NCBI GenBank assembly: GCA_903880005.1
Contig: CAIRNV010000437.1
Coordinates: 5,341-69,340, forward strand
Origin: an uncultured Verrucomicrobiota bacterium
GTDB taxonomy: Bacteria > Verrucomicrobiota > Verrucomicrobiia > Limisphaerales > UBA9464
DNA length: 64,000 nucleotides
Reading direction: 5' to 3'
The translations under genes were made by a program, and so were the position numbers. The notes under the pieces are model-generated. The model worked only from the letters and a program-made list of their open reading frames with translations, was not told the DNA's origin and did not search any database. Every line of letters starts with the position of its first letter. The first letter of the stretch is position 1. This document shows, one piece after another, positions 1-9,997 of the stretch.

Positions 1-1299
1 GGGATGCTGAATGGCCTGCTCACGTTGAGGGGCGCGTGGGGCAAGCTGCGCGAGGAGCCGATGCTGAAGTTCATGGTGGTGGCGCTCACGGCCTATGGCA
101 TGTCCACGCTGGAAGGGCCGATGCTGTCCATCAAGAGCGTCAACTCGCTCTCGCACTTCACGGACTGGACGATCGCCCACGTGCACACGGGGGCGCTGGG
201 CTGGAACGGCTTCATGGCGTTCTCGATGCTCTACTGGCTGTTCCCGCGCCTCTACAACACCCGCCTCTACTCGCTTCGGCTTGCCAACTGGCACTTCTGG
301 GTGGGCGTCCTGGGCATGATGTTCTACGCGGTGCCCATGTATTGGTCGGGCATCACCCAGGGGCTCATGTGGAAGCAGTTCACCCCGGACGGCTTCCTCC
401 AGTACCCCAACTTCCTCGAGACGGTCTTGCAGCTCGTCCCGATGTACCAGCTCCGCGCCATCGGCGGGTCGCTCTACATCACCGGTGTCCTCATCGGCGC
501 CTACAACCTCTACAAGACCGCCAAGGCCGGCGTCTTCGTGCCCGAGGTGGAGGCCCAGGCCCCGGCCCTGACGCCGGACGTCGCCGCCGCGCACCCGGCG
601 GCCACCGGCCATCGGTGGCTCGAGTCCCGGGGCTTCCTCTTCACCGTCCTTTCCGCCATCGCGATCCTCGTCGGCGGCGCGGTCGAGATCGTCCCCATGT
701 ACCTCATCAAGTCCAACGTCCCGACGATCTCCTCGGTCAAGCCCTACACGCCCCTCGAGGTGGCGGGGCGCGACCTCTACATCCGCGAGGGTTGCGTGGG
801 CTGCCACTCGCAGATGATCCGCCCGTTTCGCTCCGAGACCGAGCGCTATGGCGAGTACTCCAAGGCCGGCGAGTTCGTCTTTGACCACCCGTTCCTCTGG
901 GGCTCGAAGCGCACGGGGCCTGACCTCCATCGCGTGGGCGGCAAGTACTCGGACGCGTGGCACTACAACCACATGGAGGATCCGCGCTCGATGTCGCCGG
1001 GCTCGATCATGCCGCCGTATCCATGGCTCTATGCCAGCAAGCTGGACCTGACATCGCTCCCCGCCCGCATCCGGGCATTGCGCAAGGTGGGCGTGCCGTA
1101 TCCCGAAGGGGCGGAGGCAACGGCCCAGAAGGACGCCCAGGCGCAGGCCGCGAAGGTCGTGGCCAACCTCAGGGCCAACGGCGTGAAGAGGCCCGACGCC
1201 GACACCGAGATCATCGCCCTCATCGCCTACCTGCAACGGCTCGGAACCGACATCAAGTCGTCCGGCCCCGCAGGGCAGGTGGCCCACGTCCAACCCTGA
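1..1299 (+). CDS. ccoNO: cbb3-type cytochrome c oxidase, fused subunit I/II (C-terminal part of CcoN joined to CcoO); 5' end off-window
   Basis: The frame is open to the window edge. A TM-rich CcoN-like part (WHFWVGVLGMMFYAVPMYWSGITQGLMW) continues without a stop into a CcoO-like part with a heme c site (YIREGCVGCHSQMIRPF, FLWGSKRTGPDLHRVGGKYSDAWH). Confidence 0.9.
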   Translation, partial: GMLNGLLTLRGAWGKLREEPMLKFMVVALTAYGMSTLEGPMLSIKSVNSLSHFTDWTIAHVHTGALGWNGFMAFSMLYWLFPRLYNTRLYSLRLANWHFWVGVLGMMFYAVPMYWSGITQGLMWKQFTPDGFLQYPNFLETVLQLVPMYQLRAIGGSLYITGVLIGAYNLYKTAKAGVFVPEVEAQAPALTPDVAAAHPAATGHRWLESRGFLFTVLSAIAILVGGAVEIVPMYLIKSNVPTISSVKPYTPLEVAGRDLYIREGCVGCHSQMIRPFRSETERYGEYSKAGEFVFDHPFLWGSKRTGPDLHRVGGKYSDAWHYNHMEDPRSMSPGSIMPPYPWLYASKLDLTSLPARIRALRKVGVPYPEGAEATAQKDAQAQAAKVVANLRANGVKRPDADTEIIALIAYLQRLGTDIKSSGPAGQVAHVQP

Positions 1300-1317
1300 A
1301 CCTCCCTCCCACGAGCC

Positions 1318-1512
1318 ATGATCAAGGACTCATTGATGGAGATCGGAGGCGTCGGCCTGTACGGCGTCGTCTCGGTGCTCCTGTTCTTCGCCGTGTTCAC
1401 CCTCGCTCTCGCGTGGGCCCTGCGCCTGCGCCGGCCCTTCCTCGAAGCCATGGGCGCGTTGCCCCTGGCCGACGGCAGCCGCGAGGCAGAGAAGGAGGCT
1501 TCCCATGAATGA
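1318..1512 (+). CDS. small single-TM protein, CcoQ/FixQ-like by size and position
   Basis: 64 aa with one hydrophobic helix (VGLYGVVSVLLFFAVFTLALAWAL). It lies between ccoNO and ccoP and overlaps the ccoP start by 8 nt. Confidence 0.6.
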   Translation: MIKDSLMEIGGVGLYGVVSVLLFFAVFTLALAWALRLRRPFLEAMGALPLADGSREAEKEASHE

Positions 1513-2104
1513 CCCCAAGCATCCCAAGGAGGAGAAGGACCTGCTGTTGCACGGCCACGAGGCCGATGGCATCCAGGAGCTCGACAACGACCTGCCGCGC
1601 TGGTGGGTGTGGCTGTTCGTCCTCTGCGTCGTCCAGGCCACCGGCTACCTGCTCTACTACCACGTGTTCAACATGGGCACGCTGCAGGCCGCCGAGTACG
1701 CCGCCGAGATGGAGGTGGGCAACAAGGCGAAGCTCGCCGCCCAGCAGAAGTTCGAGGCCAGCCTCGTCAGCCTGAAGCCTTCCACGGACCCGGACGTGCT
1801 CGCGCGCGGCCACCAGACCTATGACACCTATTGCTCGCCCTGCCATCGCCTCGACGGCGGCGGGCAGGTGGGCCCGAACCTCTGCGACGACTACTGGATC
1901 CATGGGCCGCGCTTCGATGACAATCTCCGGACCATCATCAACGGCGTCCCGGTCAAGGGGATGCTCGCCTGGAAGGAGACCCTCAAGCCCTCGGAGATCT
2001 TCGCCGTGGCCTCCTATATCCAAGGATTCCGCGGCACCCGGCCGCCGAGCCCCAAGCCGCCCGAGAACGAGCAGCAGCCCGAGAAGCCCAACGAGTTCGA
2101 GTAG
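1505..2104 (+). CDS. ccoP: cbb3-type cytochrome c oxidase subunit III, mono-heme form
   Basis: Has the CcoP N-terminal signature HEADGIQELDNDLPRWWVWLF followed by a TM helix, and a single CxxCH (CSPCH) in 199 aa. Confidence 0.85.
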   Translation: MNDPKHPKEEKDLLLHGHEADGIQELDNDLPRWWVWLFVLCVVQATGYLLYYHVFNMGTLQAAEYAAEMEVGNKAKLAAQQKFEASLVSLKPSTDPDVLARGHQTYDTYCSPCHRLDGGGQVGPNLCDDYWIHGPRFDDNLRTIINGVPVKGMLAWKETLKPSEIFAVASYIQGFRGTRPPSPKPPENEQQPEKPNEFE

Positions 2105-2122
2105 GCGCCAACACCCCGTCCC

Positions 2123-3646
2123 ATGCCCTTGGAACACCATGGAATCGAGCCCGTCCCGGTCGCGGACCCCGGACAGGGCCCGGAGGTGGCCGACACGTCC
2201 GCGCTGCGCCGGTCCGCGCCCGCCGCAGCGGCTGCCCGCGACGTGGATTGGCGGGACTTCCGCGAGCACCTTGCGACGGCGGAGAAGGACGGGAGCCGCC
2301 GATGGCTTTATCCCAAGAAGCCCTCGGGGCGCCTCCATCGCCACCGCACGGGGTTCTCCTGGCTGCTGCTCGCCGTGATGGTCGCCGGGCCCTTCGTCCG
2401 TATTCGCGGCAACCCGCTCCTGATGCTGAACATCGTGGACCGGAAGTTCTCCATCCTTGGCTTCATCTTCTGGCCGGAGGACACCGTCATCTTCGCGGTG
2501 GCGATGCTCGTCTTCCTGACGTCGATCATCATCTTCACGACGGCGTTTGGCCGGCTGTGGTGCGGTTGGGCGTGCCCCCAGACGGTCATGATGGAAATGG
2601 TGTTCCGGAAGTTGGAGTGGCTGATCGAGGGCGATGGCCCTGCCGCGCGGGCGTTCGACGCGGCCCCATGGACCTGGCGGAAGGCCGCGCGCAAGGCCCT
2701 GAAGCATGGCCTCTTCCTCGGGCTTTCCTTCGGGGTGGGGAACCTCCTCCTCAGCTACATCATCGGGAGCGACGCCTTGATGGCCATCATCCGTGACGAC
2801 CCCGCCCGCCATGTCACGGGCCTGGCATTCATGGTCCTCTTCTCGCTGTTGTTCTACGCCATCTTCGCCCGGTTCCGGGAGCAAGCCTGCACCTTCATCT
2901 GCCCCTATGGGCGCCTTCAATCGGCCCTCCTTGACGAGAACTCCATGGTCGTGGCCTACGACCACGTCCGCGGCGACGGGCGCGGCCCATGGCGGCAGGG
3001 CGACACGGCGGGGTCACGCAAGGCGGCGGGGTTGGGCGACTGCGTCAACTGCCGCCAATGCGTGGCCGTGTGCCCCACGGGCATCGACATCCGGGACGGC
3101 ATCCAGATGGAGTGCGTGAACTGCACGGCCTGCATCGATGCCTGCGATGCCATCATGGACAAGGTGGGACGTCCACGCGGGCTGGTGCGTTACGCCTCAC
3201 TGAACGGGATCAAGACGGGCGCGCCGTTGCGCTTCACCCCGAGGATGGCGGGCTACTCGATGTTGCTGGGGGCGCTGGCCTCGCTGCTGGCCTTCCTGGT
3301 CTTCACGCGCTCGGACGTGGAGACGCTGTTGCTGCGGGCGCCCGGCGGGCTATACCAGGAAATGCCCGGCGGCCGCGTGGCCAACCTTTACACCGTCAAG
3401 GTCGTCAACAAGTCGTCGCATGACCTCCCTGTGTCCTTCCGCCTGCTCAATGTCGAGGGCCGCGTCCAATTGGCGGGCGGCGAGGGCTTCGTCGTGCCCA
3501 AGGAGAAGCTGGGCGAGCGCTCCCTCGTGGTGGACATCGACGCCTCGCGCCTCGCGGGCCGACGCACGCCGTTGGTCATTGGCATCTTCTCGGGTGACCG
3601 CGAGCTGGAGCGGGTGAAGACCGTGTTCGTGGGGCCGGGGGCCTGA
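2123..3646 (+). CDS. ccoG: cytochrome c oxidase accessory protein CcoG (membrane 4Fe-4S ferredoxin)
   Basis: Two ferredoxin Cys clusters (CVNCRQCVAVCPTG, CVNCTACIDACD), N-terminal TM helices, and a position directly after ccoP. Confidence 0.9.
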   Translation: MPLEHHGIEPVPVADPGQGPEVADTSALRRSAPAAAAARDVDWRDFREHLATAEKDGSRRWLYPKKPSGRLHRHRTGFSWLLLAVMVAGPFVRIRGNPLLMLNIVDRKFSILGFIFWPEDTVIFAVAMLVFLTSIIIFTTAFGRLWCGWACPQTVMMEMVFRKLEWLIEGDGPAARAFDAAPWTWRKAARKALKHGLFLGLSFGVGNLLLSYIIGSDALMAIIRDDPARHVTGLAFMVLFSLLFYAIFARFREQACTFICPYGRLQSALLDENSMVVAYDHVRGDGRGPWRQGDTAGSRKAAGLGDCVNCRQCVAVCPTGIDIRDGIQMECVNCTACIDACDAIMDKVGRPRGLVRYASLNGIKTGAPLRFTPRMAGYSMLLGALASLLAFLVFTRSDVETLLLRAPGGLYQEMPGGRVANLYTVKVVNKSSHDLPVSFRLLNVEGRVQLAGGEGFVVPKEKLGERSLVVDIDASRLAGRRTPLVIGIFSGDRELERVKTVFVGPGA

Positions 3647-3796
3647 TCATGAGGACGCGTGTGGCGGGAAGAAGGTTGCGGCGGCGAATCGACTGGGCTG
3701 GTCGTCGTCGCGCCCTGCCCTCGTCCATTCCCTCGCATTCGCCCCGTCCGCGCGACCGATGTCGATGTTGGATCCCCTTCCTCCGGAAACTTGATC

Positions 3797-4330
3797 ATGA
3801 ATGCATCCCCCATCCCGATCTCTTCACCCGTGATACTCCCGCCCCGGCCTGCGGCCCCGGCATCGGATCGGCTGCGCCGATGGGATCCATGGCCCGTGGG
3901 ATTGATCCTGTTCTTCGCGGCGTTCATCTCCGGGGTTGCTGCGTTCATCGTGTTTGCGGTCAGCCAGCGGATGGACCTGGTGCGGCCGGACTACTACGAG
4001 GACGAGATCCGATACCAGGTTCAGCTGAATCGCTTGCAACGCACGCGCGAGCTGGGCGCCGCGGTGGGGCTGGCGATCGATGGGCCCGGCCGGATGCTGA
4101 ACCTCCGGGTGCCACCGTCGCATGTCGCGGCGGGGATGAAGGGCATGGTGACGTTGTACCGGCCATCGGACGCACGGGCGGACCGTTCCATGCCGTTGGC
4201 CCCGGACGCGGGCGGGGTGCAGCGGGTGCCTTTGGAAGGGCTGGAGCCCGGGCTGTGGCGGGTGCGGGTGCGTTGGGAGTCCGGCGGGCTGGAGTATCAC
4301 GTGGAGGATTTCGTGGTGTTGGATCGTTGA
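3797..4330 (+). CDS. ccoH: FixH/CcoH-like protein
   Basis: One N-terminal TM helix (WPVGLILFFAAFISGVAAFIVFAV) followed by DLVRPDYYEDEIRYQ, typical of the FixH domain. The ORF-track start at 3659 is a GTG; I prefer the in-frame ATG at 3797. Confidence 0.7.
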   Translation: MNASPIPISSPVILPPRPAAPASDRLRRWDPWPVGLILFFAAFISGVAAFIVFAVSQRMDLVRPDYYEDEIRYQVQLNRLQRTRELGAAVGLAIDGPGRMLNLRVPPSHVAAGMKGMVTLYRPSDARADRSMPLAPDAGGVQRVPLEGLEPGLWRVRVRWESGGLEYHVEDFVVLDR

Positions 4331-4338
4331 GGTGGCTT

Positions 4339-5019
4339 ATGGCATGGGCGGCGTTGGTCCTTGGCTTGGCCGGAAGCCTGCACTGCGCGGGCATGTGCGG
4401 GCCGTTGGCCTTGGCCCTGCCTCATCCCGGGCGCGGGATGGGAGGCTTTGTGGCGGGGCGTTTGCTGTATCAAGCGGGGCGTTTGCTGACCTACATGCTG
4501 ATGGGCCTCGCCTCGGGTGTGCTGGGACATGGCTTGTCCATGGCGGGCGTGCAGCGATGGGTGTCGTTGACGGCGGGTTTGCTGCTGCTTTCGGGCTTGG
4601 TGGCGACGGCCTGGGCGCGTCCGGCGGCGTGGCTGGGCCGGTGGACGCTTCGGGTCAAGGGTTGGCTGGGGTGGGGCCTGAGGCGTCGGACGATGGGTTC
4701 GTTGCTGGTTCTGGGGATGGTAAACGGTCTGTTGCCCTGCGGGTTGGTGTATGCGGCGGCGGCGCTTGCGGCCACGGCGGGCGGGGTATGGGCCGGGATG
4801 GGATCGATGGCGCTCTTCGGGTTGGGAACGATCCCCGTGATGCTCGGCCTGGGCCTGGGCGGGCGGGCGTTCCCGGCATCCTGGCGCCTTCGGCTGTCGT
4901 CCATGTTGCCTGCCTCCCTTGCGGCCGTGGGCCTTTTGCTGGTGCTTCGTGGCATGGCGTTGGGCATTCCGTACTTGAGCCCGGACATGGCAGGCGGTTC
5001 CTGTTGCCATCCGCGATGA
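4339..5019 (+). CDS. DsbD_2 / TauE-SafE-like integral membrane protein
   Basis: About six TM helices with LHCAGMCGP and LLPCG motifs. This family commonly follows ccoGH. The upstream part of ORF 3649..5019 overlaps the FixH-like gene in another frame, so I used the ATG at 4339. Confidence 0.7.
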   Translation: MAWAALVLGLAGSLHCAGMCGPLALALPHPGRGMGGFVAGRLLYQAGRLLTYMLMGLASGVLGHGLSMAGVQRWVSLTAGLLLLSGLVATAWARPAAWLGRWTLRVKGWLGWGLRRRTMGSLLVLGMVNGLLPCGLVYAAAALAATAGGVWAGMGSMALFGLGTIPVMLGLGLGGRAFPASWRLRLSSMLPASLAAVGLLLVLRGMALGIPYLSPDMAGGSCCHPR

Positions 5020-5163
5020 CGGGTTGGCTGGGACGGCCCGGCTTCGGGGGTGAAATGCACGCAAATCCCGGGGGCCAGCGTGGGGCACACGTCGCCGCCG
5101 ATGAACGAGATTCACCGGGCTGCTTGACGGTTCTAGGGGCCTTTCTGACAGTGCGCGGGCTGG

Positions 5164-5574
5164 ATGGAACAGGATAAACAACGCTTGCCCCGACGTCGCC
5201 TTGCCGAACTGGAAGTCCAGGAATCGTTCTTCCGCGGGTTGCTGGCGCGGGATGCGCTGGACACGGACGTCATCGAGGAGCTCGCGGACGTCCTGACGCA
5301 GATGGGCCGGACGCAGGAGGTGATTCCATTGGACCAGCGCCTGATCGAGCTGCGGCCCACGGACCCGGATGTGCGGTACAACATGGCCTGCTCATTGGCG
5401 TTGCTGCGGGACTACGAGCGGGCCGCGAATGAATTGTCGGCGGCGATCGAGCTGGGGTTCCGCGACGTGGACTCCCTCAACTCGGACCCGGACCTTGCCG
5501 GCCTTCGCGCGCATCCTGCGTTTCGGCGCGTCCGGGCCTGCCTGAGCCAGATCAAGGGGAAGCCGGAGTCATAG
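5164..5574 (+). CDS. TPR-like repeat protein (hypothetical)
   Basis: 136 aa, helical, with TPR-like segments (YNMACSLALLRDYERAANELSAAIELG). No other ORF explains this interval. Confidence 0.5.
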   Translation: MEQDKQRLPRRRLAELEVQESFFRGLLARDALDTDVIEELADVLTQMGRTQEVIPLDQRLIELRPTDPDVRYNMACSLALLRDYERAANELSAAIELGFRDVDSLNSDPDLAGLRAHPAFRRVRACLSQIKGKPES

Positions 5575-6352
5575 GCGACACGCGGAAGTCGCCTTGCTCG
5601 ACCTCCAGCCGCACGTTGAACCCGCTGAACAGGCGGCGTCCCTCGGCCCGGGAGCTGAGGAGGACATGGCACCAACAGCCCGGCGCCACGGGCTTCCGGA
5701 TGATGTCGAACTCGAGGCGCGTGATGCTCGCGGCGAAGCCACCCAGGATCCGGAGCGGCTCGTTGAGACCGGCCGACACCTTCGCGAGCTCGAACTCCTC
5801 CGCATCGATCCAGATTTTTCCGCCAACGAGGCCAAGGAAGCGGTCGATGTTCTTGTCCGTGCCCTTCCTCTCCGGCTTGGCCTTGTAGGAGAGGCGAAAC
5901 GTCCGGCGTCCCTCCACTGTTTCCTCCCCTTCCAAAGTGAAGTCGAACTGCCGGACCAACGCCTCGTCCACGAAGTCCGGCCCGCGCCGCCGCCGCGTGG
6001 TCTCCTTGCGCGCGTCACCTTCCTTGCGTGCATCGGACGCGACCTCGGAATCCGAGGGCTCGCGGTCGTCGATGCGGACCAATCGCGCCCGGACGACACC
6101 GGCGCGGTTGGTCACGGCGTGCTCGCGGATGCGGCGGCGTTGTCGTTCGTCCTTGGACGACAAATCCTCGATCACCGTGGTTCGCCGGTAGGTCATCTCA
6201 AGGCGTGCCTCCTCCTCCGCCGCCGCCTTCGCTCGCGCCAGGAAGCGTTCAATGATGGCGGCGGCCGATGGCCGCGGGGCATCGGCGGCGGCAACAGACC
6301 ACGACAGGGCTGTACCCACGAACCACGACCAGAAGCATGCGGCGCGACGCAT
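5552..6352 (-). CDS. secreted hypothetical protein, possibly LolA/RseB-like fold
   Basis: Signal peptide MRRAACFWSWFVGTALSWSVAAADA; charged linker; beta-rich C-terminal part (GKIWIDAEEFELAKV). Its 3' end overlaps the convergent TPR gene by 23 nt. Confidence 0.5.
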   Translation of the reverse strand: MRRAACFWSWFVGTALSWSVAAADAPRPSAAAIIERFLARAKAAAEEEARLEMTYRRTTVIEDLSSKDERQRRRIREHAVTNRAGVVRARLVRIDDREPSDSEVASDARKEGDARKETTRRRRGPDFVDEALVRQFDFTLEGEETVEGRRTFRLSYKAKPERKGTDKNIDRFLGLVGGKIWIDAEEFELAKVSAGLNEPLRILGGFAASITRLEFDIIRKPVAPGCWCHVLLSSRAEGRRLFSGFNVRLEVEQGDFRVSPMTPASP

Positions 6353-6451
6353 TGGGGCACCCTATCCGCGCAACGTTTCCCAGCAACCTCCAAGCCGTGG
6401 TGCAACAGGGCGGTAACCTTGCCAGCAGGCCCCACTAGGTATCGGCATCCC

Positions 6452-7258
6452 ATGAAACCCCCCGTTACCATCCCCTGTTCCCTGCCCGTGCCATGCCCTC
6501 GTCCAGCCCCGGCCGTGCGGGCCGTCACGTTGGTGGAGTTGGTCGTCGTCCTCGTCATCGTCTGCGTTGTCACGGGGTTGGTTGCTTGGGTGGGAACGCG
6601 TTTGCTCCGCCGGTCTGTCGCCGTGGCCTCGGCGGGCGTGGCGGCCGAGGTGGCTGCGGCCGTTGCGCGGCACCAGGCGCGGACGGGGGGCTTGCCAGAC
6701 GGCTACGACTCGTTGCTTGAGGCTCCCTATACCTTGTTTGCCTTCATCCCGGCGGCGTCCCGAAGGCAGCTCAAGCCCAAGGACCTCGACAATGCCGACC
6801 GCGGCGTGCTCCGTGCCCACGGCATCACCACCACGTGGATGCACCCCGGTCCGGACGGGTCCGGCGTGTCGTGGCAGGAGCTGACGGATCGCAAGGCGCT
6901 GGACGTGACGGCAGGCGGGTTCGCGGCGGATGACGTGGTGGCATTGGACCTTCGGCGGGTGAACCCCAACGACCTGTTCGGTGGTGGCGTCGTGAAGGGG
7001 ACCACCCACGAGACGTTCATGGTGCTTGGAATCGGCCCCCGGTGCACGTTGGTCGGGCCCGCGGGCGAGCTGGCCGAGGCGCCCGTTTTGGCCGCCTCAA
7101 GCCGCGCCATGGACCCGGCCGATTCTTATCGTCGCCTGGCGTTGGTCGTGCGGCTGGACCGTGATGACCCGTGGCCCGTGCAGTGCCTGGGCATCGTGGT
7201 GTTTGACGAGACTGGCATCCAGACGGCGCAGGGGTTGCTGGCGGTGCTGGGCCGGTAG
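6452..7258 (+). CDS. prepilin-type N-terminal domain protein (pseudopilin-like), hypothetical
   Basis: RAVTLVELVVVLVIVCVVTGLV resembles the GFTLIEL prepilin methylation helix. The ATG at 6452 is in frame with ORF 5594..7258; the 5' part of that ORF is antisense to gene 5552..6352. Confidence 0.55.
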   Translation: MKPPVTIPCSLPVPCPRPAPAVRAVTLVELVVVLVIVCVVTGLVAWVGTRLLRRSVAVASAGVAAEVAAAVARHQARTGGLPDGYDSLLEAPYTLFAFIPAASRRQLKPKDLDNADRGVLRAHGITTTWMHPGPDGSGVSWQELTDRKALDVTAGGFAADDVVALDLRRVNPNDLFGGGVVKGTTHETFMVLGIGPRCTLVGPAGELAEAPVLAASSRAMDPADSYRRLALVVRLDRDDPWPVQCLGIVVFDETGIQTAQGLLAVLGR

Positions 7259-7285
7259 CGGGTCGGAAGAGCGGTTGTTGGGCGG

Positions 7286-7320
7286 CCGGACCGATCCAAC
7301 TGAATCGGTCCGGCTCAGCC
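7286..7320. repeat. family-A repeat, solo terminus (copy A1, inverted orientation) forming a 10-bp stem hairpin
   Basis: The reverse complement reads ggctgagccggaccgattcagttggatcggtccgg, which matches the left end of copies A2 and A3. ccggaccgat/atcggtccgg form a perfect stem with an 8-nt loop. Confidence 0.6.
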
Positions 7321-7330
7321 CAAAGTGTGC

Positions 7331-7355
7331 GCCTGCGGGGGATCCCCCCGCAGGC
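7331..7355. terminator. GC-rich hairpin between convergent genes (candidate terminator, weak U-tract)
   Basis: gcctgcggggg atc cccccgcaggc: a perfect 11-bp stem with a 3-nt loop, downstream of the degP stop (7404) and the pilin-like gene stop (7258). Confidence 0.4.
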
Positions 7356-7403
7356 TCCTCCATTCCGAAAGGAATCGTCCCGTACGTTCCTTGGCGGTGC
7401 GTT

Positions 7404-8930
<1,527 letters not shown>

Positions 8931-8995
8931 GTTTCCTTCGATTCCTTTCGTGGGGAAAGGTTGCCGAACGAGCCTGACCCCAGCCTTTCCGGGAC

Positions 8996-9011
8996 ATTAC
9001 ACGTTTGTAAT
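8996..9011. promoter_or_regulatory. AT-rich inverted repeat (candidate operator) in the degP/thuA divergent region
   Basis: attaca cgtt tgtaat: 6-nt arms with a 4-nt spacer. It is conspicuous as an AT-rich island in GC-rich DNA, about 65 nt upstream of the degP start codon. Confidence 0.25.
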
Positions 9012-9131
9012 GGGGTCGAACCAGGGTTGCCGTCCCATCGCGTGACCCGTCTCGAACATCCCGCCGTGCGCGGGCCCGGGACGACACTCCCTGCTCGCCT
9101 CGCCGGAGGGTCTTCTGGTAAGCCCCCTTGC

Positions 9132-9950
9132 ATGTCCCGTCTTTCCCTTTCGTTGGCCGTGGGCCTCGTGGTCGCCGGACACGCGACCGCACGCGCGGAG
9201 GAATCCGTCCCGAGGTTGTATGCCGGCCGCCCGTTGAACGTGCTGCTGGTGACCGGCGGCTGCTGCCACAACTACCCGTTCCAGTCAGGCCAGTTGACGA
9301 ACTGGGCGGCCAAGCGAGCGAACGTCCGGTTCACGGTCGTGCATGAGGGAGGCCAGGGCACGCGCGGCCAGATCCCGTTGTATGACAACCCGGGCTGGTC
9401 GAAGCCCTACGACGTCGTGGTCCACAACGAGTGCTTTGCCGACACCGACGACCCCTCCTACATCCGCCGCGTCGTGGCGGGGCATCGAGCCGGCACGCCG
9501 GCCGTGGTGGTGCACTGCGCGATGCACACGTACCGGGCGGCGACCATCGACGACTGGCGCGAGTTCCTCGGCGTCACGAGCCGACGCCACGACCACCAAA
9601 GCCGCTATCCCGTCTCCATCGTCGCGCCCACGCATCCCGCGATGCAGGGCTTCCAGGCCCCGTGGACCACGCAGATGGACGAGCTCTACATCGTCGAGAA
9701 GCTCTGGCCCAAGGCCGTCGCCCTCGCGACCGCACGCAGCGAGCGGGATGGATCCGTCCATCCCGTGGCATGGGCCCATGACTTCCATGGCGCGCGCGTC
9801 TTCGGGACGACGTTCGGGCACTCGGACGCGACCTTCGCGGACCCGGCCTTCCTGGAGATGGTGACGCGCGGAATGCTCTGGGCCTCGGGCAAGAACGACG
9901 GTGCGCCTGCGTCCGGAAAAGGCGCCCCCAGGCAACCGTTGGCCAAGTAA
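9132..9950 (+). CDS. ThuA domain-containing protein (secreted)
   Basis: Signal peptide MSRLSLSLAVGLVVAGHATARA. LLVTGGCCHNYPFQ, VVHCAMHTY and WAHDFHGARVFGTTFGH are ThuA-like. The ATG at 9132 is in frame with ORF 7026..9950. Confidence 0.7.
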   Translation: MSRLSLSLAVGLVVAGHATARAEESVPRLYAGRPLNVLLVTGGCCHNYPFQSGQLTNWAAKRANVRFTVVHEGGQGTRGQIPLYDNPGWSKPYDVVVHNECFADTDDPSYIRRVVAGHRAGTPAVVVHCAMHTYRAATIDDWREFLGVTSRRHDHQSRYPVSIVAPTHPAMQGFQAPWTTQMDELYIVEKLWPKAVALATARSERDGSVHPVAWAHDFHGARVFGTTFGHSDATFADPAFLEMVTRGMLWASGKNDGAPASGKGAPRQPLAK

Positions 9951-9997
9951 TCGCTCAAACCCGCTCCCACCCCATCCATCCCAGAGTGATTCCAGCC

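Noticed and set aside
3649-4338. N-terminal extensions of ORF-track ORFs. Examples: 3649..5019, 5594..7258, 7026..9950, 10504..12141, 16230..17168, 25985..27562, 28827..30038, 31977..33434, 35677..38463 and 41115..42821.
   Set aside because: The extended parts overlap neighbouring well-supported genes in other frames or strands and have junk-like composition. Internal ATG or GTG starts give proteins of normal family length, often with 4-nt overlaps to the upstream stop.
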